DNA from: Eledone cirrhosa
Lineage: Eukaryota
DNA: 64,000 nucleotides
Reading direction: 5' to 3'
NCBI GenBank assembly: GCA_964016885.1
Contig: OZ024744.1
Location: forward strand, 87,978,001-88,042,000
Each line of letters begins with the position of its first letter. Position 1 is the stretch's first letter. The notes below the pieces were generated by a model. The model did not search any database and was not told where the DNA came from. It saw only the letters and a list, made by a program, of their open reading frames with translations. A program made the translations under genes and the position numbers. Below are positions 26,110 through 40,859 of the stretch, piece by piece.

Positions 26110-29100
26110 GAAATAATCGGGCTGGATACCCGATCGCGCAGTTAAACCACTGGGAGTGAAGGACCCCTAGCCTTTGTCAGGGCATTCTTCTAGGAGAAGG
26201 CATCTCAGGAAACTGGGTTAACTCCGACATAAAACCTGCGGCTCAGTAGTTACCGTTAATTTTGATCTTTTCTTCTTTTCGAGTTACAGCTACTGTCGCT
26301 CAGAGAGTGGGATTGGCTCAGTGCACAGTCTTTCCTCACTTTAAAAAATATCTTCACGCACAGGCATTACACGATTGCATTAATTAATAATTATTAATAG
26401 TGTTATTATTATAATTGCTACTTTTCTCCCCCTAATTCAAAGATATTCCAAAACAATATGAAAGAGATAATTGGCAATAAGAACAGGGGCCCCAGGGTAT
26501 CACAGCCTGAACCCGCTCGTCACTGTGCCACTGTAATAGAACCAAACAAGGCATTTAATGTTGGATGCTGGAACGTACGGACGCTGCTTGATAGGAATTC
26601 CTCCAAACGTCCTGAACGAAGGACCGCTCTTGTTGCAAAGGAGCTTCGTCGTTATGATCATGACATCGTGTTAAGACTGCTCTTGTGGATAAATTAGAAG
26701 AATTTCCAGTGGGGATTAGTGAGCGTCTTATGTCCATGGGAATTTCGCTGGACAAAGGAAGATATGCAACCCTTGTGAATGTGTTGCCACCACTATGAAT
26801 TCTGTCGATGAAGAAAAAGTGTCTTTCTACCATGAACAAGGTCAGCCTACTTGGTGACTTTACTGCTAGAGCGGGTAGGGATTTTAACACATAAAATGTA
26901 ATCGGAAGGCATGGGGTGAGAAAGTGTAACAGCAATGGTATTCTCCTGTTGCAGATCTGTGAGGAGCAGGATCTGTGTGTTACCAACACCATGTTACAGC
27001 AAAAGAACAAATTTAAGACCACACAGATACATCCTGCATCCAAGGAATGGCATCTTTTGGACTACGTCTTTGTCAGGTTGCGTGATAGAAAGGATGTGCA
27101 GTGTGTTCGTGTTCTTCGTGGGGCTGAGTGCCGGATGGACCACCGCCTGGTACGCGCAAAGGTGAAACTAATCACTAAACGTAAAATCCGGGCTCCTGGT
27201 GTTACCCTGCCCAGAAGATTTAATGCTGCTCGTTTTAGAGATAATAATGTGAAGAGGACATTGCGAGAAGAGATGCATGTTGCAGATTTTGGTGAGGATT
27301 GGCCGACCCTTAAAAAGTCGGTTTATGATGTAGGCAGGCGTGTTCTGGGATTGGTGCAGAGAAAGAAAAAGATGAACATATAGATGACTTGTTGGCTGTT
27401 AAGTGGCGTGCTCTGTCACGCTACTTGGCAGCAAAACCACAGGAGAAGAAAATGTTACATGAGGAACTCGTGGATGTGAAATCACGTGTGAGGCGGAGGC
27501 TTTCTCAGATGAAGGATAAATGGTGGAGTGAGAAGGCTGATGAGATACAAGCTGCATCAGATTCCAATAACACAAAGCTGTTGTACAGGTTCTTGCGTGA
27601 AGTTTATGGACCGTCTTCTTCTTTGGTGACACCTCTTCGCAGCAAGGATGGCAGGAAACTTCTTCGTGGCTCATAAGGAATTCTGCGGAGGTGGGGAGAG
27701 CACTTTGATGAACTTTTGAATCAGCCGTCTGTCGTCAATGAAGATTTCCTCAATCTCATTCCTGAAAAAATGTGAAAGTATCTCTCGCAGAACCTCCGAC
27801 GCTTGTGGAGGCTGCAGTAGCTATCTCGAAGCTGAACAGTGGAAGGTCACCAGGTATGGAAGGCATACATGCAGAGCTCTTACAATATGGTGGTGAGAGA
27901 CTGCTGCAACATCTTCACTATTTTTTTGGCAGGATACCGGCTAGTGAATCCATACCTGAGGACTGGAGAGATGCAGTAATGGTGGTCTTGTACAAGGGAA
28001 AGGGTAACAAGAACGATTATGGAAACTAAAGATGTATATTATTGTTTTCTGTCGTAGGAAAATTGATTGACTGTCAGTCTCAAGAAAATATCGTCATGTA
28101 CCAATCTGCCCCTGGTAAGCATTACAGTGAACCAAATATCTATGTGTATGTTAAATGATTTAGAGGGGTTGATCAGTTTGTCTACCTGGGAAGCACTGTC
28201 AATATATACCGCAATCTTGATAATGAAATTCCACTAAGGATTAGGAAAGCAAGTGATGCTTTCGGAAAGCTAGAAAGACGCCAATATGCAAGAAGACAAA
28301 GGTAAAGGTGTACAAGGCATGTGTGCTATCTTCTCTTCTTTATGCCTGCGATACCTGGGTCACATATCGACACCACTTTAAACAATTGGAGCATTTCCAT
28401 CAGATGGGTCTCAGACGGATCCATGGCGTTCACTGGAGGGACCACATCAGTGATGTCGAGATTTTGGAAAGCTCTCTGTGTGACAGTATAGAAGCTCTTG
28501 TGCTTAAGAAAAAACTCCGATGGAGTGGTCACCCTGCCAGGAGGAGGATTCTAGAATACCGAAATAACTCTTTTACGGAGAGTTAATTAAAGGAAATGAC
28601 CTCCACTTAAACCAAAAACGAGGTATAAGGATTCATTGAAAGCCTGTTTGAAAGATGCTACATCTCTGCTGATACATGGGAAAACGTAGCTGTTGATCGT
28701 AATAAATGGAGAAAGACTATATTAGGGGAAAGTTGTTTTTGAGGCATCTCGAATTGCATACGAGAAAGTAAAAAGGGATGTAGGAAGGGCATTGCTGTTG
28801 AATTTCCAGACAGGGAAGGTCCTCCTATCAGCTGACATGCAACATCTGTGCGAGACTCTGCCTCAGCAAATCTGGAGTCGAGATTTATCTTCGAAGTCAT
28901 AAAGTGAGACCAGTGGTTGACCACCAGGCTGCTGTTGGAGATGCTATTCATCATGCCTGCCAAGCATGAGGAAGAGAGTGTAGCAGGGCTCAAACGACAT
29001 GCAAAAGTACATGGACTCCAACCGCAGCCGGCTTCTACCAGTGAATGTTTTGGTGAATATTGCCAACTCTGTGTAAGACATTTTAGATCATTGGCTGGGC

Positions 29101-29132
29101 TAAAAAGCCACGTTCGATCGCAGCACAGTTAA
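26110..29132 (+). mobile_element. RTE-clade LINE, decayed (probable 5' UTR, APE, partial RT, C-terminal C2H2 finger)
   Basis: GCWNVRTLLDRN..RPERRTALVAKEL; HPASKEWHLLDYVFVR..DHRLV; GRSPGMEGIHAELL; YKACVLSSLLYACDTW; CQLCVRHFRSLAGLKSHVRSQH; most of the RT core is deleted near 28100. Confidence 0.88.
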
Positions 29133-29149
29133 TTATTATTATATATGTG

Positions 29150-30262
29150 TGTATCGCGCTGAGGCTGCGGCATCTCCAGATATTCTGCCTAAACGGTGAA
29201 CAGGTTTGGTCGCCGTTTGTCAGAAGCACCTTTCCGCAGCTGGTCTCTTTGACTGAGCTGCAGTCCTGGGTCAAGAAGAGACCGAGACTGGGTGACTGGT
29301 ATCTGGAATGTTGCCAAGCACTCACTACCCTCTATCAGGCGGGCAATGCGGTCAGTGGAACTTCCACTCTCGAGATCTATAGAGGATTAGTGGTGGTAAA
29401 GTGCAACGACGCACTCGGAGAGGCTCTGGGAGTCGACGAAGTCGAACTAACCAGTCTGTTCCGGAGGACTTTCGAGCCGGAGGACGATGGATCATTTCCA
29501 AAAATCCCTCGCTTGGCAGTGCTACCGGGGGGCTCTGCCGGTTCGAGATAAACTCTACAGGCACGGAAATGCTCTCAGATGGACCTGCCCGAGATGCGCA
29601 CAGAGCGACGAAACCGTTCTGCACGCACTCGTCCAGTGTCCGTGTATTACTGACTTGTGGAGTTATGTCTAACAGCTGTTCTCGCGTGTTGAACGGATCC
29701 GGCTATCGCCCGAGTCCATTGTAAAGATCGACCCGCCGCCTTCTTTTGGCCAGGAAGGGCAGGCAATTTTCCTCTGTCTGGTGGCAGTAGCGAAAGAGGT
29801 TATATGGTGGACGAGGTTGAAAGAACTGAAGACAGACACTTTTCTCTTCGGCATCTCCCACATCAACTTTGTCAAGTTTCACTTGGAAAGGAAGGTGAGG
29901 GTGGAGAGAGAAGTACTGCCCCCCAGTACATTTGCTGAAAGGTGGGTGAATGTGGCGAGAATGGCCCGTGTTAGTGGGCCTACTCTTGTCATGCGCCTGT
30001 AGGTGGGTAAATTTGAGGAAGAGAGGGGTGCACTTCCAGGGTGCTTGCGAAGCGTCGGGTCGTTCAGGATTGGTGGGGTTCCTGAGCGAACTCTGGGTGG
30101 TCATCCCCGCCTAATGGGGAATTTTTCTTGTTTTATTTTTATTGTTACTTTGCTATTGTTATTCATATTGTTTACTCGATTTTTCTGTAAAACCACACTG
30201 TCCCAGTCTTTTGCATTGCCCACTATATGTCGGCTCCTGTGGCCAATAAGTGAAATCATTAT
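29150..30262 (+). mobile_element. Tx1-like LINE 3' portion (zf-RVT region and 3' UTR)
   Basis: LAWQCYRGALPVRDKL..CPRCAQSDETVLHALVQC; AKEVIWWTRL; ends in (ATT)n. Confidence 0.9.
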
Positions 30263-30276
30263 TATTATATTATTAT

Positions 30277-30464
30277 AGGGCGGTGAATTGGCAGTATCGG
30301 TAGAGGGCTGGACGCCATGCTTTCTAGCATAGTTACGTCCATTTACACTCTGAGTTCAAATCCCGCCGAGGTTAACTTTGCCTTTCATCCTCACGTGGGT
30401 AGATAAATAAAGTACCAGTAATGTACTGGGTAATTGTTGGCCTTGAGCCTAAAGTAGAAACAAT
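30277..30464 (+). mobile_element. SINE (dominant family)
   Basis: Full head, core and tail. Confidence 0.88.
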
Positions 30465-30489
30465 TATTATTATATTATTATTATTATAG

Positions 30490-33365
30490 TTGCATTTATC
30501 TTGCTTTATGTTCATACGAGTTATCACCAAGTCACAACCAGTGACCTCAAGAGACAAGGTCCGCCATGTTCAAGAACTAACATACATACACACACATGCA
30601 TCTTTAGGTGTTTAGACTTGTGATGTACTTATATTGACAGAATCTTCCTTAGTATATGGGCAGTTCCCATTAGTACTATCTTTTGTATTTCTCCTATATG
30701 CGGGTTTCCTGGGATATGCGATAAGTAATCATTAGACCACTTAGGTATCATTCCTAGAGCGCCTACAACCACTGGTATTGTTTTAGTACTGAATTTCCAT
30801 ATTTTTCCAATTTCTATCCCCAGGTCCTTATACTTGCTCAATTTTTCAAATGTTTTTACAGATACATTCTTGTCTATTGGAACGGACATATCAATTAGCA
30901 GGCATGCCCTCTTTTTAAAGTCCTTCAGTATTGTATCAGATCTATTTGCATCTATTTTTCGGTCTGTTTGGATGCTAAAGTTCCACAAGATTGAGATGTG
31001 ATCTTTTTCAAGTATGTGAGGTGGTTGATGCTCCCACCAATTCTTTTAATAGGGCAGGTCAAAATGCTTACACATTATCCAATGTATGTATTGTGCAGCT
31101 CTGTCATGCCTGTTTAGGTATTCGGTTGGAGCTATAGGACTGCACATTGAAATTATATGATCAATGGTCTCTGGTTGTTTTTTACATACACGTCATAATG
31201 GGTTGCATACATTTTTTATTATGTTGGCTTGGTAATTTTTTGTTGGCGACACTGATATAATCAGTCCTTCAGTCTCCGATTTCAGTCCAGTGGATGCCAA
31301 CCACTGATGGGTTAAAGTTTTGTCAACATCAGGATTGTTAGCTCTTTCTGGGTATTTTCCATACAGAGGCTTTTCTTGCCATTTCTTGGCCAGTTTCTGT
31401 AGCAGTTCTTTCTTTGCACTTACTTTTACCTGCTTTGCTTTTTCTGTTTTCCATTTCAGCAGTAAATGGGACTTCTGGAATTTGTAGTCCATTACTGTAT
31501 TTTTGTGCATCTTTTGTAATGCAGTATGATCTTTTGATGCTTTCGTGTTTCAAAACGAGTTTGATCATCCAATCATGTGTTCCCTTAGATATGTAGATAA
31601 TCCAATTTTTGCAGTTTTCAACGCAATATCTAACTGGATTAACCCACGTCCTCCTTCTTTCCTAGGGAGATATATTCTATCTGTATCTGCCTTAGGGTGA
31701 TGCATTCTGTGCATGGTTAAGAATTTTCGAATTTTTTTATCGAGCCTACGGATCGCTGTGCTTAACCAGTTGATGACATTGTAACTGTAGGTTACTACTG
31801 GTATGGCAAGCGTGTTTATGGCATCGATCCTATTCCTTGCATTCAATTCCGTTCTTAAGATTGCTCTTACTCTGCAGTAACATTCCTTCCCTAGCATTTC
31901 CCTCATTGTCGAGTGCTTGATTCCGTCTCCTGCACAAACACCTAGATATTTGTAAGTTTCCTCTTGATCAAGTTCTCTTATCACATTCCCCCGATCAAGA
32001 TTAATGTCTGAACTTTTCAGCAACTTTCCTTGGTAAACGTTGCTTTGGCACATTTATCTAGTCCAAACACCATTTTAATGTCATCACTGAACTGCTCCAC
32101 AGTGGATAATAGCCCTTGCAATTGTTCATCATTTTTTGCAAATAGTTTCAGGTTTTCCATGTAGAACAAGTGATTAATGGTTTTGTCATATACTTTATAT
32201 CCATGTTTTGTTTCATTGAGCATTTTAGTTAATGGTATAAGTGCGATGCAGAATAAAAGCGGTGATAAAGAGTCACCCTGAAAAATTCCACAATTAATAT
32301 TAACTTTTCCAGCTTCCAGTGATTTTTCTTTTCACTATTCAAAAGGAATGTCGTTTTCCATGTCTTCATACTGGATGACAGGAACTTCCTGACAACGGAA
32401 GATATTTTGAAAATCTCTAAACAATTTTTAATCCAACTGTGTGGCAAACTATCGGATGCTTTTTTACAATCTATCCAAGCAATTGATAGATTTTTGTGTC
32501 TATTATAACAATCTTCCAGTATCATTTTGTTAACCAAAAGCTGATCCTTACAGCCATATGAGCCTCGTTTACACCATTTCTGCTCATTGAGAAATAGATC
32601 ATTTGTTATCAGATGGTCATATGTATATTCAGTTAGGACTGATGTTAAAATGTTATACATTGTGGTCAAGCAGGTTATCGGTCTGTAATTTTTGGGATTG
32701 TTTGTCTCATCATTCTTCGGAAGCAGGAATGTAATGCCGTTAACTAGCCATGATGGTATCTTTTCTGGCTCCTTAACTATTTCATGAGACTCTGGGAAGG
32801 CATTTATCAAAAAAATTGTTATTTTGTCTTTTCCTGGGGATTTCCATTTGCTGGTTTTTCTAAGACCCAAACGCAATTTTTCAACTGTTACATTTTCCCA
32901 TATTTGTTCATCAAGGTGAGCTTTATCTTTCATTTGTCTGTCTATCCATGGGGCATATATATTATGAACTTTTTCTTCGGCCCAGATCTTTTCCCAGAAT
33001 TCTTGCACTTCCCCCTTGATTTAGCAGTTATTGTTGACTTGCCAATTTTTCTGTAGAAGTTTCTTTGGTTGTTTTTGAACATATTATTGTCCTTATAGAA
33101 TCTAGATCGTTTTTCAAAGCGCCTTATACGAGCGGCTTTGGCCGACACTTTTTGCTTCATTATTTCTATCAGCATGTCTATGTCACTTGTTGATTTATAC
33201 TGTATTTTCTTTTCAATTTTCTAAGTTTAGTTTGTTTAACATGTTCACCTACTTTGTAGTTTGTTAAAATTTCTATGTCAGATCGGAGAAGGTTTATTTG
33301 GCGATTCATGTTCTCTTGCCAAGTAGATTTCTTGTGGTAATTCCTTTGTTTTGTCATTTTCACTA
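30490..33365 (-). mobile_element. R4/Dong-like LINE (RT, CCHC, restriction-like endonuclease), frameshifted
   Basis: WKSPGKD, NYRPITCLTTMY, GCKDQLL, HLFYMENLKLF, YLPRKEGGRGL, LKSETEG, WNFSIQTDRKIDANRSD..LLIDMSVP; (TAA)n at both ends. Confidence 0.92.
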
Positions 33366-33386
33366 ATATTATTATTATTCGATCGA

Positions 33387-33564
33387 TTGGCAGTATCGGT
33401 AGAGGGTCTGACGCCATGCTTTGCAGCAAAGAATTACGGCCCTTTATGATCTGAGTTCAAATCCCGCCGAGGTTAACTTTGCCTTTCATCCTTACGGGGT
33501 CGATAAAATAAAGTACCAGTAATACACTGGAATAATTGCTGGCCTTGTGCCAAAAGTAGAAACA

Positions 33565-33610
<46 letters not shown>
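33387..33610 (+). mobile_element. SINE with long (ATT)n tail
   Basis: Consensus match; tail at 33565-33610. Confidence 0.88.
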
Positions 33611-33611
<1 letters not shown>

Positions 33612-33613
<2 letters not shown>

Positions 33614-36600
33614 GTCTAATCTGACGTGTTTTGCTCGCTCCCAGTAAGTCGCTTTATTTGCCTGTTAAAATTATTTGTTGTTAAATATTTCTTGTTGTGT
33701 AAGGGATATAAGCCCTTAGACTTTGCCTTGTGAAGGGGAAAGTATAATAATTGGTCCTTTTGGCCCAAATATTTGAACATTTTACTTTTTTTTTTAAATT
33801 ATCTAAAAAAAGAACACGGCTGAGCCACGTCACCACCCAGCGATATGTCTGCTGTCATGTGACAACGGCGTAAAAGTTGAGAGGAGGGTTACAGAAATTA
33901 ATACAACAAACAACACCACAAACAACGTGAACAAATACAACAACACTGAAAACACTAATTTTGAAAAAATTATCACACCAACTACAACAATAACAGCGAC
34001 AACCAAAATACAGACAACAGAAAAAAATGACAACAAATGCAACAACGATATTAACACCACTAACAAGAAAATAAACAACGACAACACCAACAGCAACAAT
34101 ACAAATTGCACCGAAAACAACAACACCAGTGGCACCAAAAACACAACCAAATACAACAGTGATAACAGCAACAACACCAACAACACCGTTTGTAACAGTA
34201 GCAAGAGCAACAGCACCAACAATAAGACCAGTAGCAGCGGTAGCGGCAGCAATAATGGTGCCGCTAAAAAAGCAGCCACTTTTTTGCAGGTGTAGCTCGA
34301 AATATAGAGACAGTGCTAGTCACCGAGGAGGAGATGGCAGTCGCAAGAGCCATGGTGTCGAGAAACGACAATAGAGTTTCCCTAAAACCTCCACCAGATT
34401 TCTTAAAAGAACTGCGCACTGTGACTTACCGCACCGTAAGCAAAATGTTACATCGGGTGGAGAGAGCCAAGGAGGCTCAAATACAAAAGGCCTTGGGGTG
34501 CGCCTGGGCGCGCAAGACCCACATCACCCGCAGTAGACGTACTTTTTGCCACCCCCGAAGAGACGAAGTTTCACTCTTTGGAAACCCTAAAAAGTGAGGA
34601 GATAGTCTTGGTGCCTACTGCGGGCAGAAATTTGAGAGGGTCAAAGTGACCTAGGTCTCGCCCAACGTGCCCATACTTTAGCTGGCCGCATCTGTACTGG
34701 CTGGAATCGAGGAGAAGACCACCATACTGCAAATACAGAGAATGGGAAGAGAGAACTGGTCAGGAATATGCATCCAAATGCTAATACACGCTGACAAGGA
34801 CTCATCGAGGCCGTCCCTGGCTTCATAGATCTCAAAAAAGGGCTCCAACTCCCTATAACCGTGGAAGGAAGGCGCCCAAAATGCTATCTCTGTGGGAAGA
34901 AGGGTCACCTCAGCGCCTTCTGCCCGCAGAAGACAACCAAGAAGAGAGCCCCCTCCTTCCGACGCCTGATCCTCTGCTACCAAGAGCTGGGCAAGCAACA
35001 GAGGCAGAAGACCCTTCCATGGTAAGTAGGATGGCGGTGAAATCGCCGGAGCGGGCTCCATTACCACTCCCAACAGCAGTGGAGCTCATGTCCCTCCCGG
35101 ACGGCGCGGAGTCAGACATGGAGTGCGAGGCGGGAGGGAAGTGGCAAACGGTCTGCCAAAAAAAAACAAAAAAAAAACCCTTAGCTTCACCCTCCAAAAG
35201 CGAAAGCAGACAAAGAGGGGTAAAAGCTGCAAGGAGACTTGCAGCAACACCACCACCACAAGCATCACCACCAATAACAACCACACCACCACTAGCATAA
35301 CCAAAAACACCTAAATCGCAAACACAACAAAATACACACACCCGATAGCAACAACAAGAAAACAGCAACAAAATCGCCCCTCCCCAAAAAGTACACAGCC
35401 ATAAACATGGCAAATAAAGAACTCCTACAATACATAAAGCAGCACACTGACATCACAGAAAAAAACAACTACACCCCACCAACACCAAGAACTCTCGCGA
35501 CAAACATAAGCATCTTTGAAATCTCAATAGAGCATTACGAACTTTTAAAACAAAAGTTCCCCAACGAAGTTGGAAACTTCAGAGTGTCGGTTACCAAGAG
35601 GATATACACCGACATACTCTTGGAAACACCCCCGACTAGCCAAAGGGACGGTTCTACTGTCCCTTCCCCACACGATCAAGGTAAGTAATCATTTCTCACT
35701 TACCCCGTTTCTCATCCAACATGGCCGTACTTAGAATAGGAAGTATAATTATACGTGGCCTAGGGTCATCTTGGAAGCAGGGTCACCTGCTCAACAACCT
35801 CAGGTCACTAAACATAGATGTGGTGGCCACCAGCGAGACTAGAATCTCCGAAGCACGAGCCTTCGCACCGATCCTCGGCGTCGAAGATGTATACGCATCT
35901 CCCAGCCCTCCAGGATCGGGGTAGGGGTTGCCGTGCTTTTTCGGAGAGGCTGGACCCAGAAGGAAGTCGGTGGTGCTGGACGTGAACGGCAGCGAAGGCA
36001 ATACTTTCAGGCTTGTAGTCGGCTACGCCCCAATAGGGGCAGGACGGCGAGATATCTTCAGACGTCTAGAGACCTTTCTTGGAACGTCCCATTCTTTAGT
36101 GTTAGTGGGTGACTGGAACGGTATCTTAGATGCACGCTTGGATTATGTGGGGCTAGTAGACAGAGCAGTAGGGTCTAAAAGCCTTAACAACCTGCTCAGA
36201 AATGTTGAACTGTCTGACAGGTATAAGCTGGATTATCCGAATGTGCCAATGTGGACATGGGCAAACCGCATCGGGTTATCCAGATCGTATTTAGATAGGG
36301 TATTCTGTAGGGAAACAGATAAGGCTAGTGTAGGTTGTCCACAATTTAAAGTAGTCGACTACACGGACCACACATTTGTGATCTGTGAAGTTGACTTAGA
36401 TAGACTCCATAAGCAAGGGCCCGGCTACTGGAAGCTGAACGCGTCGTTCCCGGCGCGCAAAGCTTACAGCGACCAGATTAGCGAATTAGTTAAGAGTGCC
36501 TTGAAAGGTGCGATCATCAACAAAGGTTGTACTTTATCCTGAAAAGACCTATTAGAGTAGAATCGATAAGGTTTAGTAAAGGAATAGTGATAGAGGAAAA

Positions 36601-37285
36601 TAGAGTAGAAGGAGAGTTAGTTAGAAATCTAGAAGAGGCGTTTAAGAAAGGCACCGCAACCACGTGCTTGCGGCGACATTGACACTCGACCTATTCTTCT
36701 ACGCAAAGCATGAAGGCTGCGTTGTCAGAGCTAGAGCGCGTGCTCTAAGACACGAGGGGACGAAAGCCGTTCAATGGGCCCGGGTGGTGGAGACGCGACG
36801 TGGCTACAAGTCCACAATTCGGTCTTTGCCTTACCAAAACGGGCGCATGTTGCTCGAACCTGAGCAGATGTGTGCGGATTTTCAACAACATTTTGTTCGG
36901 CAGCGGCGGCAGGCCGATCGGAGTATGGACTTCGGTGCATACCTCGATGGACTGCCGCGGCTCTCGAGCTGATAACAGCAGGTGAAATACGGGAAGCGAT
37001 GTCTGACTGCACGAGGGGTAAATCGCCAGGTTTGGATGGTCTGCCCTACGAGCGTTATGCATATATGACAGACTTGTTCGGCGACCTCTTGGCAGATATC
37101 TACTGCAAATGGCTGCAGAACAGGAGCATTCCCAGTTTTGTGAGCCGGGGAACGGTGGCGCTGCTGAGAAAAGACCCGAAAAAGGGGGACGTTATAGACA
37201 GCTTCACGCCCATAACTTTGCTAAACACAGAGTTTAAGATTTTGGTCAAGGCGTTAACAAAGAGATTGGCGATTGTCGTCGGTGA
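33612..37285 (+). mobile_element. Tx1/L1-like LINE, 5' two-thirds
   Basis: Asn/Thr-rich ORF1 start; KCYLCGKKGHLSAFC knuckle near 34879; ORF2 from 35721 MAVLRIGS..VGDWNGIL..TDH..PGYWKLN..GKSPGLDGLP..PITLLNTE. Confidence 0.92.
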
Positions 37286-37299
37286 TTTGGGTCTTAGTC

Positions 37300-38555
37300 A
37301 TTGATGTTAATTAACTGGAAAGTTTGTTGAAATGAATATCAAGCCACTACCTGCAGCCTCAGATATTCAGGACGTATCGGAGGGTTCTTGCTGTTCCCAG
37401 CAAGCATGCCTTTTGAAGTGTTCCAAAAAGCGGAGCGGGTCCAATTTTTTTAACCATCCCTGGAAACTCTTTGAGATAGTACCTAGTGCGCCTATGACAA
37501 TCGGGATCACTTTGACTTCATGGCAGTTCCAAATCCTTTTTACCTCCCACTTTCAGTCCTGGTATCGGTTAATTTTCTCTCTCTCCTGCTCTTGCACTCT
37601 CGTGTCGAATGGTCAGCCACGTCCACAATCAGACACGATCTTTTTTCCTTGTCCAAAACCACCAGGTCAGGTCTATTGTGTTCCAATTTCTTGTCCGTCT
37701 GTATCCTAAAATCCCATAGCACCTTCACCTAATGGTTTTCTATCACCGACTCTGGCTTATGCTCATACCACTTCTCAGAATGTGGTAAATTGTTTACTTT
37801 GCATAGGTGCCAGTGGATCACCCTGCCCATCACATCATGTCTCCAGCCTTTGTAGTGAGTCTGGGCTAGGTGTTTACACTCGGATACTATGTGAGCCACA
37901 GTCTCATCTCTCTCTCCATAGATCCTGCACAGTGGGCTAGCCTCCTCCTTGTAAATATGGTGTATCAGCCACTTCGTTTTGAGGGCCTGCTCTTGCGCAG
38001 CCATTAGCATTCCTTCTGTAGCCTTTTTAAGGTCTCCTCTTTTCAACCAGTTCCATGTCTGTGGATCTCTGAATTCCGTTTTCTAAAATAAGGTACTATG
38101 AAGGGATTTTTCCTGAAGGCTGCTCTTTCTCCTTGTTGTTATTTCCTCCTTGGAAATCCCCTGGTCTATTGTCCTCTCCTTCAGTACAATTCTGAGCATT
38201 GGCTCCTTACTATCGGTCACGTATTTGTGTAGGCTTTTTTTCTCCATCTGAACACAGTCCTCTATGCTGATAAGACATCTTCGACCTTCAGATCTCCTTA
38301 CGAAGAGTCTATCGACATCACTCCTCTTGTGGAACATGTTGTAGATAGTCAATAGCTTCCTAGTCTTCCTATCCATGTCTTTTTGTTCAGCAACATTCCA
38401 ACTCAGAATTCCCGCACTGTACCTAATAATAGACACAAGCACTTATGGCATTCCAACTGTTCAGATGTGATTTTAATACGCTCCTTACTCTCCGAATGTA
38501 TTCAGATCTTATCAATTCCTTCATTGTTTTGTTGTTGATGTCATCAGCCTCCAGA
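37300..38555 (-). mobile_element. R4-clade (Rex6/Dong-like) LINE 3' fragment
   Basis: MDRKTRKLLT, TEGMLMAAQEQAL, CRI..ETVAHIVSEC, LWDFRIQTD..HNRPDL. Confidence 0.9.
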
Positions 38556-38867
38556 TTATTATTATGGTCGTTATTGTTATTATGTTTTTTTTTCGTGCAA
38601 TGGCCATACGCGATAATGAGGGGGCAGCCATTATGTATGTATGTATATATGTTTATGTGTATGCTTCTATGCATGTATGCATGCAAATATGTATGTATGC
38701 ATGGTTGTATGTATATATGCATTTATTTTTCTGGCTGAATGATTATAACTTCGCACTTACTTTATTTGAAAATTTGGATAAGATTATTTCTACTTTTTAT
38801 TTCCTGCAATACTTACTGAGTAAAAACGTTTCTAATTCATTTAGACTAATTATATATATATATTAGT

Positions 38868-38911
<44 letters not shown>

Positions 38912-38980
38912 TACCATTGACTGACCAACGGTCAAAAATACAGATATAATATAGATATAAATACATATATATAGTCTTAA

Positions 38981-39018
38981 CAAAGTTCTGTCGTTGCACA
39001 TCTGCAACATCGTCAGTG
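38981..39018 (-). ncRNA. minimal hammerhead ribozyme (GAAA mutated to GACA)
   Basis: CTGACGA-t-gttgca-gatg-tgcaac-GACA-gaactt-tg. Confidence 0.6.
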
Positions 39019-39104
39019 GAGCTATTATGTTCCTCCTGTTGCATTGTATATCTACGAAAATATGGCGTAGATATACAATACAACAGCCAGAAACATTATA
39101 GCAC

Positions 39105-39142
39105 CACTGACGATATTGCAGATGTGCAACGAAAGAACTTTG
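39105..39142 (+). ncRNA. minimal hammerhead ribozyme
   Basis: CTGACGA-t-attgca-gatg-tgcaac-GAAA-gaactt-tg. Confidence 0.65.
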
Positions 39143-39377
39143 TTAAGATTATATATATGTGTTTATATCTATATTATATCTGTATTTTTGACCGTTGGTC
39201 AGTCAATGGTAAACATTGAGGACCGATTAACTAATATGAAAGATACAGAAACGAAAACCAACCAAACAGTGAGTGTGTTCTGTTATTATTTCTGGCAATA
39301 TTATTACAACAATATGACGCTCCCCAAGTATAACAATACTTGTTTCGACACACCATTTCATATCAAAAACCTCGCAA

Positions 39378-40168
<791 letters not shown>

Positions 40169-40170
40169 TA

Positions 40171-40647
40171 TTGTTATACTTTGGGAGGGTCATGTTGCCA
40201 ATAAGGAGCACGCGCACCAGTTGCCTTCACTTCGATTTATTATAATAAATTTATAAATTTAGGAATTTATAAATTTCCGGTTGGTTGGTTGGTTCCACAA
40301 CCAGATGATTGTTTATATATTGTCAAAGTTCTTTCGTCACACATTCTGTAACCTCTTCAGTGACTGGGGATTCTTTTCTCTGTTTTTGTGCCTCTCCTTT
40401 GTTCTGCCCTACCCCATCTTGTGTGTGTTTGACAATATATAAACAACATCTGGTTGTGGAACCAACCAACCAACCAAACGGAAATTTATAAATTCCTAAA
40501 TTTATAAATTTATTATAATAAATTGAAGTGAAAGCAACTGGTGCGTGTGTTTCTTATTGGCAACATGACCCTCCCAAAGTATAACAATATCGGTTTCAAC
40601 ACACGTTTTCAGATAAAGTATCTCGCTAGACAAATTCAGAAAGGAAA
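40171..40647 (+). mobile_element. Penelope-like pLTR fold-back
   Basis: Antisense arm 40171-40427, sense arm 40428-40647; same family as 62243-63100. Confidence 0.85.
40322..40364 (-). ncRNA. minimal hammerhead ribozyme
   Basis: Same as 62859-62901 with one stem II substitution. Confidence 0.75.
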
Positions 40648-40674
40648 TATATATATATATATAAATATATACTG

Positions 40675-40780
<106 letters not shown>

Positions 40781-40786
40781 TACTGC

Positions 40787-40859
<73 letters not shown>

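Larger units (their letters stand above)
38908..39382 (+). mobile_element. Penelope-like pLTR fold-back (arms about 38908-39053 and 39066-39216, tail to 39382)
   Basis: Inverted arms each with an HHR; the tail encodes [23 protein letters not shown]; flanked by (TA)n. Confidence 0.8.

Noticed and set aside
33830-34295. Asn/Thr-rich ORF and antisense hydrophobic membrane-protein-like ORF (also 9550-9969, 59725-60060)
   Set aside because: Low-complexity A/C-rich parts of LINE ORF1 and their antisense shadows
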